Numbered from the stretch's first letter, positions 43,818-53,747 are shown. The stretch: 64,000 nucleotides of DNA from Kiritimatiellia bacterium (GCA_045537795.1 JAZSQE010000053.1:11805-75804); one strand, 5' to 3'. Notes: generated by a model not told the origin, from the sequence alone. A program made the numbers and translations.

Positions 43818-45515
43818 TCATTCCGCGGGGGCGGCGTGGATGATGATTCGCGACATGTCCGCATATACCGTATTCGTGGCGACACGCGGCTTTTTAACCG
43901 CGAACGCGCCGCCGGCCACGTTCGGGTGCGGGGCGAACTGCGAATTCGCGCTTGCGACGTCCACACGCAGGCGATCGCCCTTGTTCAGCCTGAAGGCGTG
44001 ATCGGCGAAACGGAATTTCAACACTCTCCGCTCGCCCGGTTTATACGGCGAATCATACGCCATCGATTTGATGTCGTCACGCAAAACGAGCCATTTCCCG
44101 TCGCCCTTGTCGACGCTGAGACGGATGTAGAAACAAGTGTCTTCGCAATCGCTCGAAACCGAAAGCTCCGCCTCCATTCTGCCGCGCACGTCGATTCGAC
44201 CGGTTATCTCGGGCAGAACAAACGAAACGACGTCATCCCTGAACGACGGCGGCGGCTGAACCTGCATGCCGCCGAAACAGATGCCTCCCGATCCCGGGAA
44301 CCCGGGGAGCGGACGCGTCGGGTCGTACCTGTAGGAACGCGCGCCCTCTCCCAGACAGAAACAAATCTCGCGCGGCCCGTCTTCAAGAGAGATGTTCTCG
44401 TGCCACGCGTTCTCCCATGCCGCGTAATATTTCGTCTTGCCGAGAGCGGAATTTTTCGACAGCGTTTTATCGCGTATAGAGTCAAACCAGTCCAGATCGC
44501 TCATGCCGCCGTCGGCGCGGGAGCCTTCAGGAAAAACCATAAACGGGCTTTGGGGATCGCGGGGCGGATTGCCGCCGTGGTCGTACGCGTCGACGATCAG
44601 CGAGCAGTTGGCTCTGCGTTCGGCGGGCAATTCCCTCCACATCGCGAAAATCCCGTCGGTGTAAATGTCGTAAAAGCCCGTTTTAAGCAGAATCGGCATC
44701 GTCGACTTCAAGAGCGCGTCGCGGCAGCACGCCCCGCTGCCTGGTCTGTCGGAGCGCCAGAACGGAGCGTCGGGTCTCGGATTGCATATTTTATTGAACA
44801 TCGTCGGAACCTCCTCGCCCCAGTATCGCCGCGGAAAATCGCAAAGCGGAAACTGATAAAGAGAAACCGATTTGTCGCGTTTCAAATTCAAATTTTTCTT
44901 TTTGTACCCTTTCACATACCAGTTTCCGTGAAGGCCGATTTTGAAAAACCCGTTGCGCATGCAGATATTGTACCTGTCGACGTCCTGAACAAAAAGAGCT
45001 GCTCCCTTCACATCGGCGGGATCGCTGTTCAGGTACGACCAATGGACGGTCGCGCCGTAACTGCCGCCCGAAAGAAAAATCTCGCCGTTGTACCACGGCA
45101 GTCCGCGCACATGTCCCAGAAGATTAAGCCCGTCCGCGCGCTCGACCTCGTACGGGATCCACTCGCCCCCGCTCGAGCCGGTCCCGCGGCAGTGCTGAAA
45201 TATCACGCCATATCCCCTGTCGGCGTATTTGCGCAGATCCTTCACCCAGCGGGCCGTGTCCACCCTGTTCGTCGGAACGTAAGGATTGCGCATGACGATC
45301 GTGGGGCACTTCACGCCCGCGGGCGCGACGCCGAGAGTATAAAGAGCGGTGCCGTCGTCGGCCGGCAGAAATTCTTCGAACCACACGACGCCCGGACCGG
45401 CGCCGTCCTTCTGAACGTGCAGCGTCACCGGCGCGGCCGACACGTTCAAGACTTCGAATGCGGCAGCAACCGCGACTATAATTTTCATGTTCATAAATCG
45501 CCTCCCGACAATCAC
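43818..45515 (-). CDS. CocE/NonD family hydrolase (S15 X-Pro dipeptidyl-peptidase-like), secreted
   Basis: Signal peptide; RNPYVP; nucleophile elbow GGSYGA; C-terminal PepX_C-like beta domain. Confidence 0.7.
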   Translation of the reverse strand: MIVGRRFMNMKIIVAVAAAFEVLNVSAAPVTLHVQKDGAGPGVVWFEEFLPADDGTALYTLGVAPAGVKCPTIVMRNPYVPTNRVDTARWVKDLRKYADRGYGVIFQHCRGTGSSGGEWIPYEVERADGLNLLGHVRGLPWYNGEIFLSGGSYGATVHWSYLNSDPADVKGAALFVQDVDRYNICMRNGFFKIGLHGNWYVKGYKKKNLNLKRDKSVSLYQFPLCDFPRRYWGEEVPTMFNKICNPRPDAPFWRSDRPGSGACCRDALLKSTMPILLKTGFYDIYTDGIFAMWRELPAERRANCSLIVDAYDHGGNPPRDPQSPFMVFPEGSRADGGMSDLDWFDSIRDKTLSKNSALGKTKYYAAWENAWHENISLEDGPREICFCLGEGARSYRYDPTRPLPGFPGSGGICFGGMQVQPPPSFRDDVVSFVLPEITGRIDVRGRMEAELSVSSDCEDTCFYIRLSVDKGDGKWLVLRDDIKSMAYDSPYKPGERRVLKFRFADHAFRLNKGDRLRVDVASANSQFAPHPNVAGGAFAVKKPRVATNTVYADMSRIIIHAAPAE

Positions 45516-45698
45516 GACGTTCCAAACGGCAGATCACTTTTTCTTCAGAAGTTCGCCGCCCTCTCGCATAAGCTTGACGAACTCGGTGATCTTGTTTATC
45601 ATTGCAAATATGGCAGATACGTTCCGATCGAGACCTTACAAGCCACGCGAGAAAGTATATCAAAACCACAGAAAAGAAAGCAAGTCTTCCGATGCCCT

Positions 45699-45707
45699 GG
45701 GGGGGGG
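45699..45707. repeat. G9 homopolymer tract in the intergenic region upstream of the CocE/NonD gene
   Basis: ctgggggggggcaatg, read directly from the sequence. Confidence 0.8.
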
Positions 45708-45736
45708 CAATGAGATTTCATGCGCGCGGGCGCATG

Positions 45737-46090
45737 TCAGTTGAAAGGACCTTTGAAAATGAAGTAAACCGCCCCGAAAATGCAACAGGCGGCCGCGGCG
45801 TAATTCCATGAGACGGACTCTTTCATTATGAGAACCGAGAACGGAACAAACACAAGAAGAGCGACCGCTTCCTGAACGATTTTCAGCTGTTCGAGCGACA
45901 TTGTTCTGGAGCCTATCCTGTTGGCGGGCACCATAAGACAATATTCACCGAGCGCGATCGCCCATGAGATCAGAATTACGAGCCACACGGGCGCTTTCGA
46001 AAGACTTTTCAGATGCCCGTACCATGCGTATAGCATCACGAGATTCGAAAGCGCCAAAAGTCCTACGGTTGTCCAGTTGATGTTCGCCAT
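45737..46090 (-). CDS. Small 4-TM membrane protein (DMT superfamily / DUF486-like), 117 aa
   Basis: MANINWTTVGLLALSNLVMLYAWYGHLK...; the 487-aa ORF-track extension upstream is spurious. Confidence 0.55.
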   Translation of the reverse strand: MANINWTTVGLLALSNLVMLYAWYGHLKSLSKAPVWLVILISWAIALGEYCLMVPANRIGSRTMSLEQLKIVQEAVALLVFVPFSVLIMKESVSWNYAAAACCIFGAVYFIFKGPFN

Positions 46091-46156
46091 GCGGATATTA
46101 TACCATTTGTTCCGTGCCGAAATGCGATACGCGGCAAGTATGGTATAATACCCGCC

Positions 46157-47182
46157 ATGAAACCCGCTTGGAGCATATTGCCGGACGAGTGGAAGCCCAT
46201 TCTCGCCGAAAAAGGCCTGCGCCCGTTCAGAGCCGACCAGATACTGCAGTCGCTGTACCGCGACTACATAACATCGTGGGACGAAGCGACCACGCTGCCG
46301 AAGGATTTCCGCGAAACGCTCAAGAAGGAATTCCCGATAACGCGGGCCGACGCGCTCGACGCCAGCCATTCGGCCGACGGCACGAAAAAACTTCTTGTCG
46401 GTTTCGCCGACGGCAACAGCGTCGAAACGGTCCTCATCCCCGCGACGGGCCGCTTCACCCAGTGCATTTCCACGCAGGTCGGATGCGCGATGGGTTGCGC
46501 CTTCTGCGCCTCCGGCTCGCAGGGAATCGTCAGAAGCCTTTCCTCCGACGAAATCGTGGCGCAATACATGCTCGCGAGACGCTGCGGAGAAATAACGAAC
46601 ATCGTGGTCATGGGGATGGGCGAACCCTTCGCCAACTACGACGAGACGATGCGCGCCCTGAAACTCATAAACGCCGGGCGCGGTCCCAACCTCGGCGCGC
46701 GCCACATCACGATTTCCACGTGCGGCGTAGTCCCCGGCTTCGAACGGCTCGCCTCCGAAGGAATCCAGTTCGAACTTTCCGTCTCGCTCCATGCGGCGAA
46801 CGACGCCTTGCGCGACGAACTGATGCCCGTCAACAGAAAATGGCCGCTCGACGAACTCATCGCGGCGTGCGCCGCGTACACGAAGAGAACGAAGCGCATC
46901 ATCACTTTCGAGTATACGATGATAAAAGGCGTAAACGATTCGCGTGAGGACGCGGAAAATCTCGCGAAGACGGTCAAGCGCGTGCCGATGGCGAAGGTGA
47001 ATCTCATTCCCCTTTCCCCCGTCGGCCACAGACCCGACTTCAGGACGCCGGACGAAAAAACGATGCTGATGTTTCTCGATGTCCTTATGAAGGCGAAAGT
47101 CCAGACGATGCTCAGACGCTCGCGCGGCAAGGACGCCGACGCCGCCTGCGGGCAGCTTCGCCTCAGAAATCTGAAGCGATGA
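46157..47182 (+). CDS. rlmN: 23S rRNA (adenine2503-C2)-methyltransferase, radical SAM
   Basis: CxxxCxxC motif GCAMGCAFCASG; MGMGEP; conserved C-terminal block. Confidence 0.9.
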   Translation: MKPAWSILPDEWKPILAEKGLRPFRADQILQSLYRDYITSWDEATTLPKDFRETLKKEFPITRADALDASHSADGTKKLLVGFADGNSVETVLIPATGRFTQCISTQVGCAMGCAFCASGSQGIVRSLSSDEIVAQYMLARRCGEITNIVVMGMGEPFANYDETMRALKLINAGRGPNLGARHITISTCGVVPGFERLASEGIQFELSVSLHAANDALRDELMPVNRKWPLDELIAACAAYTKRTKRIITFEYTMIKGVNDSREDAENLAKTVKRVPMAKVNLIPLSPVGHRPDFRTPDEKTMLMFLDVLMKAKVQTMLRRSRGKDADAACGQLRLRNLKR

Positions 47183-49716
47183 TAACATCGGGAATAACAC
47201 AGGAGGAGATAATCGGCTGGGGCGGACAGGAAGTCTTCAGTCAGGCGCTGGCCTTGTGCAATTCGGGAGACGTCGTTTCGGCTTCCTACGACGACGACAA
47301 TCTCGTTATTTCCGGCAAAATCCTGCAGCCTGACGGGTTTGAAATGCCCGTCTCGCTGAAACTCATGCCGGCCGGGCGGATAAAATCGATGTGCCCGTGC
47401 GCCACCAACGTCAAATACGGCCAGGTCTGCCCGCATGTGGTCGCGCTCGGCATCAAGGTGATGATCGACGAAATGCCCGAGGACGCGCAAGAGGACGCCC
47501 GCGAAGAGAACATCTCGCCGCAGGCGCCCGCCGAAGAAGAATCTTTCATCGAAGTTCCCGTGAAGCCGCGCTTTTTCGCCCGTCTGAGGGGCTCGCGCGC
47601 ATCGCTTTCAATAGCGCTCGACGCACGATACTCTAAAGAAACGGGCTTTCCGGCGTGCTCCGTGCAGAAAGAGCGAGCCGTATGGCTCGTCGACGAGGAC
47701 GACCCGCTCGTCAGGCGCACGCGCTCGATGAAAACGGAACGCGAAGCCGTGAAAAAACTCGCGGCATGGGGGTTCGAGCCCGGCTACAGCGAAAGCGACG
47801 TGAAACACTATATCACCGACCCGCAGAAGGTCCTGAACTTTCTCGGCGCCGGACTCCCCGCCCTGAGACGCTGCGGCTGGAGAATCGATCTCGACGAAAA
47901 ACTGATGGCGCTTACGGACTCGATGCCCTCGGTCGTGCCCGTCGTCTCGGTGCAGGACGCTCCCGGCGGCGCGTTCGACGTCAGGTACACCTTCGACGCG
48001 ATGGGCGAAACCATCCCCCCCGCCGAAATACAGGCGGCGCTCAACAGGGGCGACGGATATCTCATGCGCGAAAGCGGCATTGTCCTTCTCGACCGGGAAG
48101 GCGTTGAATCGCTCCACGACGTCTTCGCGGACTGCTCGAGCCCGTCGGACGACGCGCCGCGCGGATGGTTCCGCGTCAAGGGCGTCTACGCCTCTTACGT
48201 CAAGAGCTCGCTGGACATCCTCGACTGCATCGACGTGAACGACTCTCGCGCGAAATACTGGAAGAGCGTGTCGGCGGCCGCGCGCGCGGGCGACGCCTTC
48301 GCCAGATACGAGCCTGTGGCGCTCGGCGCGCTCGAAAACGTCTTGAGACCCTACCAGAAGCAGGGCGTGTACTGGATGCGCTTTCTCGAAAAGGCGGGGC
48401 ACTCGGGGCTTCTCGCCGACGAAATGGGTCTCGGGAAAACGCTCCAGACGCTCGCCTGGCTCGCTCTGCCCAGATGCGACCCGAGGGCTCACGGCTCCGC
48501 TTCGCGAAATCTCCCCGCTCTCATCGTCTGCCCGACGTCGCTCGTGAGAAACTGGGAGGCCGAAGCCGCGAAATTCACCCCGCACCTGAAGACGCTCGTC
48601 ATATCCGGCCCGGAACGATCGCGCGATTTCGCCGGAATCCCCGACGCCGATATCGTCATAACCTCGTACGCGCTTTTGCAGCGCGATTTCGAAGAAGCGT
48701 ATATCGGGAGGGAGTTTTCGGTCGTCGTCATCGACGAGGCCCAGCACATCAAAAACAGGCAGACCAAAAACGCTTTGGCGGTGAAGGCTCTGCGCTCCGT
48801 CCGGCGCCTCGCCCTCACCGGCACGCCGATAGAAAACTCCGTCTCAGACGCGTGGAGCATATTCGATTTTCTGATGACCGATTATCTCGGCGATTACGAA
48901 ACGTTCAAGGAGAACTACGAGCAGCCGATTCTCGACGGCAACAGCTCCGACGCCGTCCTCGCGAGACTGAAGCGCAAGATATCGCCCTTCATAATGCGGC
49001 GGCTCAAAAAAACCGTCGCAAAGGACCTCCCCGACAAGATCGTGAAGGTTTCGTACTGTCCGATGAGCGAAGACGCGCAGAGGGAATACTCGGCGGCGCT
49101 CGCGAAAACGCGCCGCGAAGCCGGAGGCATCATAAAGGCGAAAGGTTTCGCCAAATCTAAATTCGAACTTCTGGCGATGCTGATGAGACTCAGGCAGATC
49201 GCCTCGCGCGCGAAGATCGAACCGTTCATGGAGCAGCTCGTCTCGGCGATCGAAGGCGGCCACAAAATCCTCGTCTTCTCGCAGTTCGTGAAAATGCTGA
49301 CCGCCATCAGGGAACGTCTCGAGGAAGAAGGCATCGCCTACGCATACCTCGACGGCTCGACGAAAGACAGGCTCGAGCGCTGCAACGCCTTCAACCGCTC
49401 GAAAGACATCCCCGTTTTCCTCATCTCGCTCATGGCCGGCGGAACAGGTCTCAACCTTACCGGCGCCGACATGGTCATGCACTACGACCCGTGGTGGAAC
49501 CCGGCCGTCGAAGACCAGGCGACCGACCGCGCGCACCGCATAGGCCAGAAAAAGAACGTCTACGTGATGAAAATGATAGCCGCCGGCTCGATAGAGGAAA
49601 AAGTCCTCGCGATGCAGCGGCGCAAGCAGGCGATAATAAACGCCACCGTCGACACAACGGACGCGGCGGTGATGGAAAGCATCACCGCCGCAGACCTCAA
49701 CGAATTGCTGAGTTGA
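47179..49716 (+). CDS. SNF2-family helicase with an N-terminal SWIM zinc finger
   Basis: SWIM finger CPCATNVKYGQVCPHVVAL; motif I LADEMGLGKTLQ; motif II DEAQHIKN; helicase C-terminal DRAHRIGQKKNVYV. ATGA overlap with rlmN. Confidence 0.85.
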   Translation: MITSGITQEEIIGWGGQEVFSQALALCNSGDVVSASYDDDNLVISGKILQPDGFEMPVSLKLMPAGRIKSMCPCATNVKYGQVCPHVVALGIKVMIDEMPEDAQEDAREENISPQAPAEEESFIEVPVKPRFFARLRGSRASLSIALDARYSKETGFPACSVQKERAVWLVDEDDPLVRRTRSMKTEREAVKKLAAWGFEPGYSESDVKHYITDPQKVLNFLGAGLPALRRCGWRIDLDEKLMALTDSMPSVVPVVSVQDAPGGAFDVRYTFDAMGETIPPAEIQAALNRGDGYLMRESGIVLLDREGVESLHDVFADCSSPSDDAPRGWFRVKGVYASYVKSSLDILDCIDVNDSRAKYWKSVSAAARAGDAFARYEPVALGALENVLRPYQKQGVYWMRFLEKAGHSGLLADEMGLGKTLQTLAWLALPRCDPRAHGSASRNLPALIVCPTSLVRNWEAEAAKFTPHLKTLVISGPERSRDFAGIPDADIVITSYALLQRDFEEAYIGREFSVVVIDEAQHIKNRQTKNALAVKALRSVRRLALTGTPIENSVSDAWSIFDFLMTDYLGDYETFKENYEQPILDGNSSDAVLARLKRKISPFIMRRLKKTVAKDLPDKIVKVSYCPMSEDAQREYSAALAKTRREAGGIIKAKGFAKSKFELLAMLMRLRQIASRAKIEPFMEQLVSAIEGGHKILVFSQFVKMLTAIRERLEEEGIAYAYLDGSTKDRLERCNAFNRSKDIPVFLISLMAGGTGLNLTGADMVMHYDPWWNPAVEDQATDRAHRIGQKKNVYVMKMIAAGSIEEKVLAMQRRKQAIINATVDTTDAAVMESITAADLNELLS

Positions 49717-49731
49717 AACGCTCTTCGCCGC

Positions 49732-51258
49732 TCAGAGCGGCTTGATGAAGATGTTGCGCCACTCGAGAGGATCGCCGTGGCACTGGAGCTCGATCTGCTC
49801 CGAGGAAGGAATCGGCTTGCCCTGCTGCCAGAGATTTTCAAGCGTGACGTTGTCGACGACGAGTTCTCCGTTGAGTTTGACGGTCACCTTGTCGCCGACC
49901 ATCTTGACATAGAAACGGTTCCAGTCACCGACCTGCTTGTCTGCGATCTTGAGGGCCTTGGAAATGTTGCCGGTCTTTTTGTACTTGTTGTTGTAAAGAC
50001 CGCCCGAACCGATCTTCCACTGGTTGTGCGCATCCCAGATCTGAACCTGGGGAAGGCCGCGCAGATAAAGGCCGGAGTCGCCCGTGATCGACATGATGCG
50101 CCAGTCTGCCCACAATTCGAAATCGCCGAAGTCCTTCTTGGTGGCGAGCGAGTATCCGCCCCTGTAGCCGTCGAAGAAGAGGTTGCCGTTACGCACGTGC
50201 CAGTGCTTAAGCATGAGAGCGTCGGCCTTTTTCTGCATCTCGGCGCGCTTCTGGGGCGTCGCGGCGCGGCGGACGTGGGGATAATCGAACTGCTCTTCGG
50301 TCGTCACGCCCTTCCAGTTGGCGGCGAGCTGTTCGGCCTTGCCGTTGAAGAACGTCTCGAAACCGCAGGGAGCCTGCATGGCCTGCTTCGGGCAGACCTG
50401 CCCCATCTTCGCGCAGTCGGGGAGCTCCTTGATGCGGATGTTCTTCCACTTGACATTGCAACCGTGACCGAGCCAGCCGATGTGCCCCTTCTTGTTGTGA
50501 AGACCGGGGTGCTTGCGCTTATCGGGGGTATCGCCGTCGCCCTTGTACTTCGACACGTCGGCCTTGAGGATCAGATACCCGTTGAGGTAATACTCGATCT
50601 CGCTGCCGATGACCTTGACTTCGGCGAAGTTCCACATGCCGGGCTTGCGCACGTAGCTGCCGCCGCCTGTGAAGTTCTTCTCCTTGCCCCAGATCTGCTT
50701 GTCGATGTTGTCGCGGCGCGCGGGGAAGATGCCGTAGACGCTGCCCGTGTACTGATAAGGCGCGAGCTTGTCCTTCTTGGCGACCTTGTCGTAGTACGCG
50801 CTGCCGCCGTCATCGAGGAGCTGAAGTTCGCACATGCCGGCGTACGCCGCGTCGACTTCGGGCGAAGGCGTGCGGATGCCAAGGCCGTTGTTGCCGTTCT
50901 CGGGCATCATGAACTCAAAGCGGAGAATGAAGTTGGAATACTGCTTGGCGGTGAGCAGATTGCCGGGCTGACCCTTGACCTGACGGTCGGGGAAGCACTG
51001 AAGAACGCCGGGTTCATTCTTGTCGACACCGTACATGTCGATCGCGCCGATCCAGCCTTCGAGGTCGACGCCGTTGAAGAGGCTTACGAACCCTTCGTCG
51101 ATCGTCGCGGGATAACAGGCGGTCTCCTTGGCGCACGGCGCCTTGCACGCGGCAGGCGAGGCCTTGCAGGCCGCATTCTTTTCACATTCCGGGGCGGTGC
51201 AGCATCCGGCCGCGGCCAACCCTGCGGCGAGAGCCGCAAACACATTTTTCAGGTTCAT
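49732..51258 (-). CDS. Lipoprotein with two DUF1080 (3-keto-disaccharide hydrolase-like) domains
   Basis: Lipobox AAAGCC, then a Cys-rich linker. Two copies of the LFNG..L.GW ... GDFEL ... QIWD pattern. The start is at the internal Met (51258); the upstream part of the ORF is a spurious R-rich extension. Confidence 0.75.
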   Translation of the reverse strand: MNLKNVFAALAAGLAAAGCCTAPECEKNAACKASPAACKAPCAKETACYPATIDEGFVSLFNGVDLEGWIGAIDMYGVDKNEPGVLQCFPDRQVKGQPGNLLTAKQYSNFILRFEFMMPENGNNGLGIRTPSPEVDAAYAGMCELQLLDDGGSAYYDKVAKKDKLAPYQYTGSVYGIFPARRDNIDKQIWGKEKNFTGGGSYVRKPGMWNFAEVKVIGSEIEYYLNGYLILKADVSKYKGDGDTPDKRKHPGLHNKKGHIGWLGHGCNVKWKNIRIKELPDCAKMGQVCPKQAMQAPCGFETFFNGKAEQLAANWKGVTTEEQFDYPHVRRAATPQKRAEMQKKADALMLKHWHVRNGNLFFDGYRGGYSLATKKDFGDFELWADWRIMSITGDSGLYLRGLPQVQIWDAHNQWKIGSGGLYNNKYKKTGNISKALKIADKQVGDWNRFYVKMVGDKVTVKLNGELVVDNVTLENLWQQGKPIPSSEQIELQCHGDPLEWRNIFIKPL

Positions 51259-52154
51259 ATTTCCCTCCATTCCAATGTTAGATCGACCGAACCGGCCGAA
51301 TGAGTGAGACATCCGAGAGAAATCGCCGTGACACCTGTCTCGGCGACCTCTTTCGCGCGATCGAGCGTTATCCCGCCCGACGCCTCGGTTTTCGAAATTC
51401 CTTTGCAGAGTCTGACGCACTTCTTCATGTCGGCGCAGCTCATGTTGTCGAGCATTATCCACTCTGGTTTCGCCTTCAGCGCGCTTTTGCACTCGGCGAC
51501 GCTTTCGACCTCCACTTCCACCTCGAGGCGTTTGAACGCCTTTCGCGCGGCGAGAACCGCCTGATCGAGACGCGTGCCGTCGCCGCCCTTCCAGAGACGG
51601 CGGTGGTTGTCCTTCATGAGAACGCGGTCGTACATGCCGAAACGGTGGTTGGAGCCCCCGCCGCAGAGAACGGCGTATTTTTCGAAGACGCGCAGCCCCG
51701 GCGTCGTCTTTCGCGTGTCGAGAATCAGCGTCCCGCGACGCTTGACGGCGTCGACAAACTTTTTCGTCAGCGTCGCGGTCGCGCACATGCGCTGCATGAA
51801 ATTGAGCGCCGTTCTTTCGGCGGCGAGAATCGAGCGGGCCTTTCCTCGGAAAACGAGAATAGGCTCGCCGGGCTTGACGAACGAGCCGTCCTTCTTCAGT
51901 ATCTTCACCTTTATCGAAGGGTCGACGGCCTTGAGGACGGCGCGCGCCACGCTCGCGCCCGAGACAACGCACGCGGTGCCCTTCGCGTATATTTCACCCG
52001 TCGCGAAAACACCGGGGTCGACGAGCGCTTCGCTCGTCGCGTCGCATCTGCGCGACTTCACCGCGCGCACGGCATCGACGAGATCTTCTTCAAGCGCCAA
52101 GGCGACTGCCGCCTTGGCGCGAGACGAAAGCATGACATCTTTGATTTTGCTCAT
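51255..52154 (-). CDS. nadC: Nicotinate-nucleotide pyrophosphorylase (quinolinate phosphoribosyltransferase)
   Basis: LDTRKTTPGLRVFEKYAVLCGGGSNHRFGMYDRVLMKDNH and C-terminal GGITLDRAKEVAETGVTAISLG. Confidence 0.85.
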   Translation of the reverse strand: MSKIKDVMLSSRAKAAVALALEEDLVDAVRAVKSRRCDATSEALVDPGVFATGEIYAKGTACVVSGASVARAVLKAVDPSIKVKILKKDGSFVKPGEPILVFRGKARSILAAERTALNFMQRMCATATLTKKFVDAVKRRGTLILDTRKTTPGLRVFEKYAVLCGGGSNHRFGMYDRVLMKDNHRRLWKGGDGTRLDQAVLAARKAFKRLEVEVEVESVAECKSALKAKPEWIMLDNMSCADMKKCVRLCKGISKTEASGGITLDRAKEVAETGVTAISLGCLTHSAGSVDLTLEWREI

Positions 52155-52156
52155 GA

Positions 52157-52381
52157 TCAGGCAGGCATCAGGAATTCCCAATGCTTGTACAGCATGAACG
52201 TCAGCACGCCGGCGACGCCGAGGGCGACAAGCGCCGTGAAGAAAGCGGCCGCCGTCGACTTGGGGGCGGGAGCCGTCTTTTTCGCGCCGATGTCGTCGTC
52301 GAGCTTGAAACGGTCGGCGATGGCCGCGCCGCCGGAAACGGCGGGAGCCTTTATCGTCTTGGCAGTCTTTTTGATTTTCAT
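52157..52381 (-). CDS. Possible small single-TM protein (74 aa)
   Basis: ORF with a C-terminal TM helix, abutting the nadC start. Weak evidence. Confidence 0.25.
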   Translation of the reverse strand: MKIKKTAKTIKAPAVSGGAAIADRFKLDDDIGAKKTAPAPKSTAAAFFTALVALGVAGVLTFMLYKHWEFLMPA

Positions 52382-52525
52382 GCCCTCAATTATACCAATT
52401 ATCGCACATTCAAATCAAGTGCGCGGAACGATTTCTTGCCGATCGGTCCGATTGACTTGCCGACAAGACAAAGTGTATAATTCGGCAAGACATACTCTCA
52501 CGGAACCGCAATTGGAGAAACCGAT

Positions 52526-53523
52526 TTGAAACCCGCGAACACACGTCTTTGCGCCGCCCTTCCTATCGCCGCCGCCGAACGGAAAGCGTCAGGAGTCTTC
52601 GACATCGTCGTGCCGTTCGACACGCGAAGCGCCGGCATCGGCAAAACGGCTGCCGAACTCAAAGCCATCAGGGAAAAAACGGGCTTCAGACGCTTTTTCA
52701 TCATCGGCCCCGGATTCAACCGCGTCATGTACGCGCCCTTCGGCGACGACGTCTACGCGTCCATCGGCGACGACATCACGAAGATCGCCGAGGATATCAA
52801 AGGGACCGACATCAGACTTTCATGGTGGTGTTCGCCGTCGATCCGCTACGTATCGGACTTTTCCCCCGTCGAAGACGCTCTCAGCAACAAGAGCGCAGAC
52901 AACAAGAAATGCCCTCGTGACGAGAAATTCGCCGCGGACTGGGCGGCGAAAATCCGCTCCGTGATCGAGCGCGCGAAACGGCAGAATACGCGAAGAGCTT
53001 CGGCAAAAAGCACCTCTTCATCCTCAACCACCCCATCTGGACCTGGTACGACGTCGGCCCCGAGGCGTTCATCGACAACCCCGAGGTTATCTTCTTCGAA
53101 CTGTGCAACAACGGTAGCCCCTTCGCGCCAGGCAAGGGCCTGCCGACCGACGGCTTCGACAAGACCGAACGCCGCCTCGATGTCTCGGTCGACGCGAAGA
53201 GCACCGTGTCGCGCACCGTGAAATTCATCGTAACGAAAAAGGACTTTTCCGAAAAGCCCGTCAAGACGCTCACGGTCAGACCCGACGGCAAGAACGCCTC
53301 CTCGACGCGTTTCGAGCGCACGATCAACGTCTACGACGAAAAGATCGGCATGGTCGTCAAGACGGTCAAGGGCGGCGTCGGCGAAGCTTTGAGCGCGTCA
53401 TACGTCATGCAGAGCGACGATCTCTACGTGCGCGCACGAATCGAGGAATCGGGGCAGCCGCTGTGCACCGCGAATCTCCACCCGCAGGGCAAGCACGTCG
53501 CCTGGACGCAGCCGTACCTTTAA
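52526..53523 (+). CDS. Hypothetical protein, apparently frameshifted near 52975
   Basis: Three collinear coding segments in different frames (52526.., about 52975-53220 AEYAKSFGKKHLFILNHPIWTWYDVGPEAF..., and 53206..53523). No recognised motifs. Confidence 0.4.
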
Positions 53524-53555
53524 TCGGGAGATTTCGAAAGTTGCAAAATACCCCC

Positions 53556-53585
53556 TTGTGCGAGTGACGGAAAATTTGATATAAT
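53556..53585 (+). promoter_or_regulatory. Promoter of tRNA-Asn
   Basis: TTGTGC (53556-53561), 18-bp spacer, extended -10 TGaTATAAT (53577-53585), 17 nt before the tRNA 5' end. Confidence 0.45.
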
Positions 53586-53602
53586 ATGCGCCAACACGAC
53601 GT

Positions 53603-53677
53603 TCGGGCGTGGCGCAGCGGTAGCGCAGTTGACTGTTAATCAATTGGTCGCTGGTTCGAATCCAGCCGCCCGAGCCA
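53603..53677 (+). tRNA. tRNA-Asn (anticodon GTT), CCA encoded
   Basis: Folded by hand: acceptor tcgggcg/cgcccga; anticodon stem gttga/tcaat with loop cuGUUaa; T-arm gctgg-ttcgaat-ccagc; discriminator G; CCA. Confidence 0.85.
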
Positions 53678-53685
53678 ATAAAAAA

Positions 53686-53717
53686 GAAAACCCCTTGAAA
53701 CGGGGTTTTTCTTTTTT
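53686..53717 (+). terminator. Rho-independent terminator after tRNA-Asn
   Basis: aaaacccc-ttgaaac-ggggtttt followed by a T-run (tcttttttt). Confidence 0.7.
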
Positions 53718-53747
53718 TCAGGGAAACATTCGCTTCGCCGGAGCGTT

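Noticed and set aside
43500-45713. 737-aa plus-strand ORF antisense to the GH43 and CocE/NonD genes; also 45124..45669 - and 44791..45096 -
   Set aside because: Same GC-driven artefact. No motifs, R-rich, fully overlapped by well-supported minus-strand genes.
49777-51303. 508-aa plus-strand ORF mirroring the DUF1080 lipoprotein gene, and the 746-aa minus ORF extension beyond 51258
   Set aside because: The antisense mirror ORF has no motifs. The upstream extension of the real gene is R-rich and overlaps nadC, so the start was reset to the lipoprotein signal peptide.
53603-53677. Checked whether tRNA-Asn marks an integration site for an island
   Set aside because: Both flanks are GC-typical housekeeping genes (a frameshifted hypothetical upstream, potB downstream). 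No direct repeat of the tRNA 3' end was found nearby.
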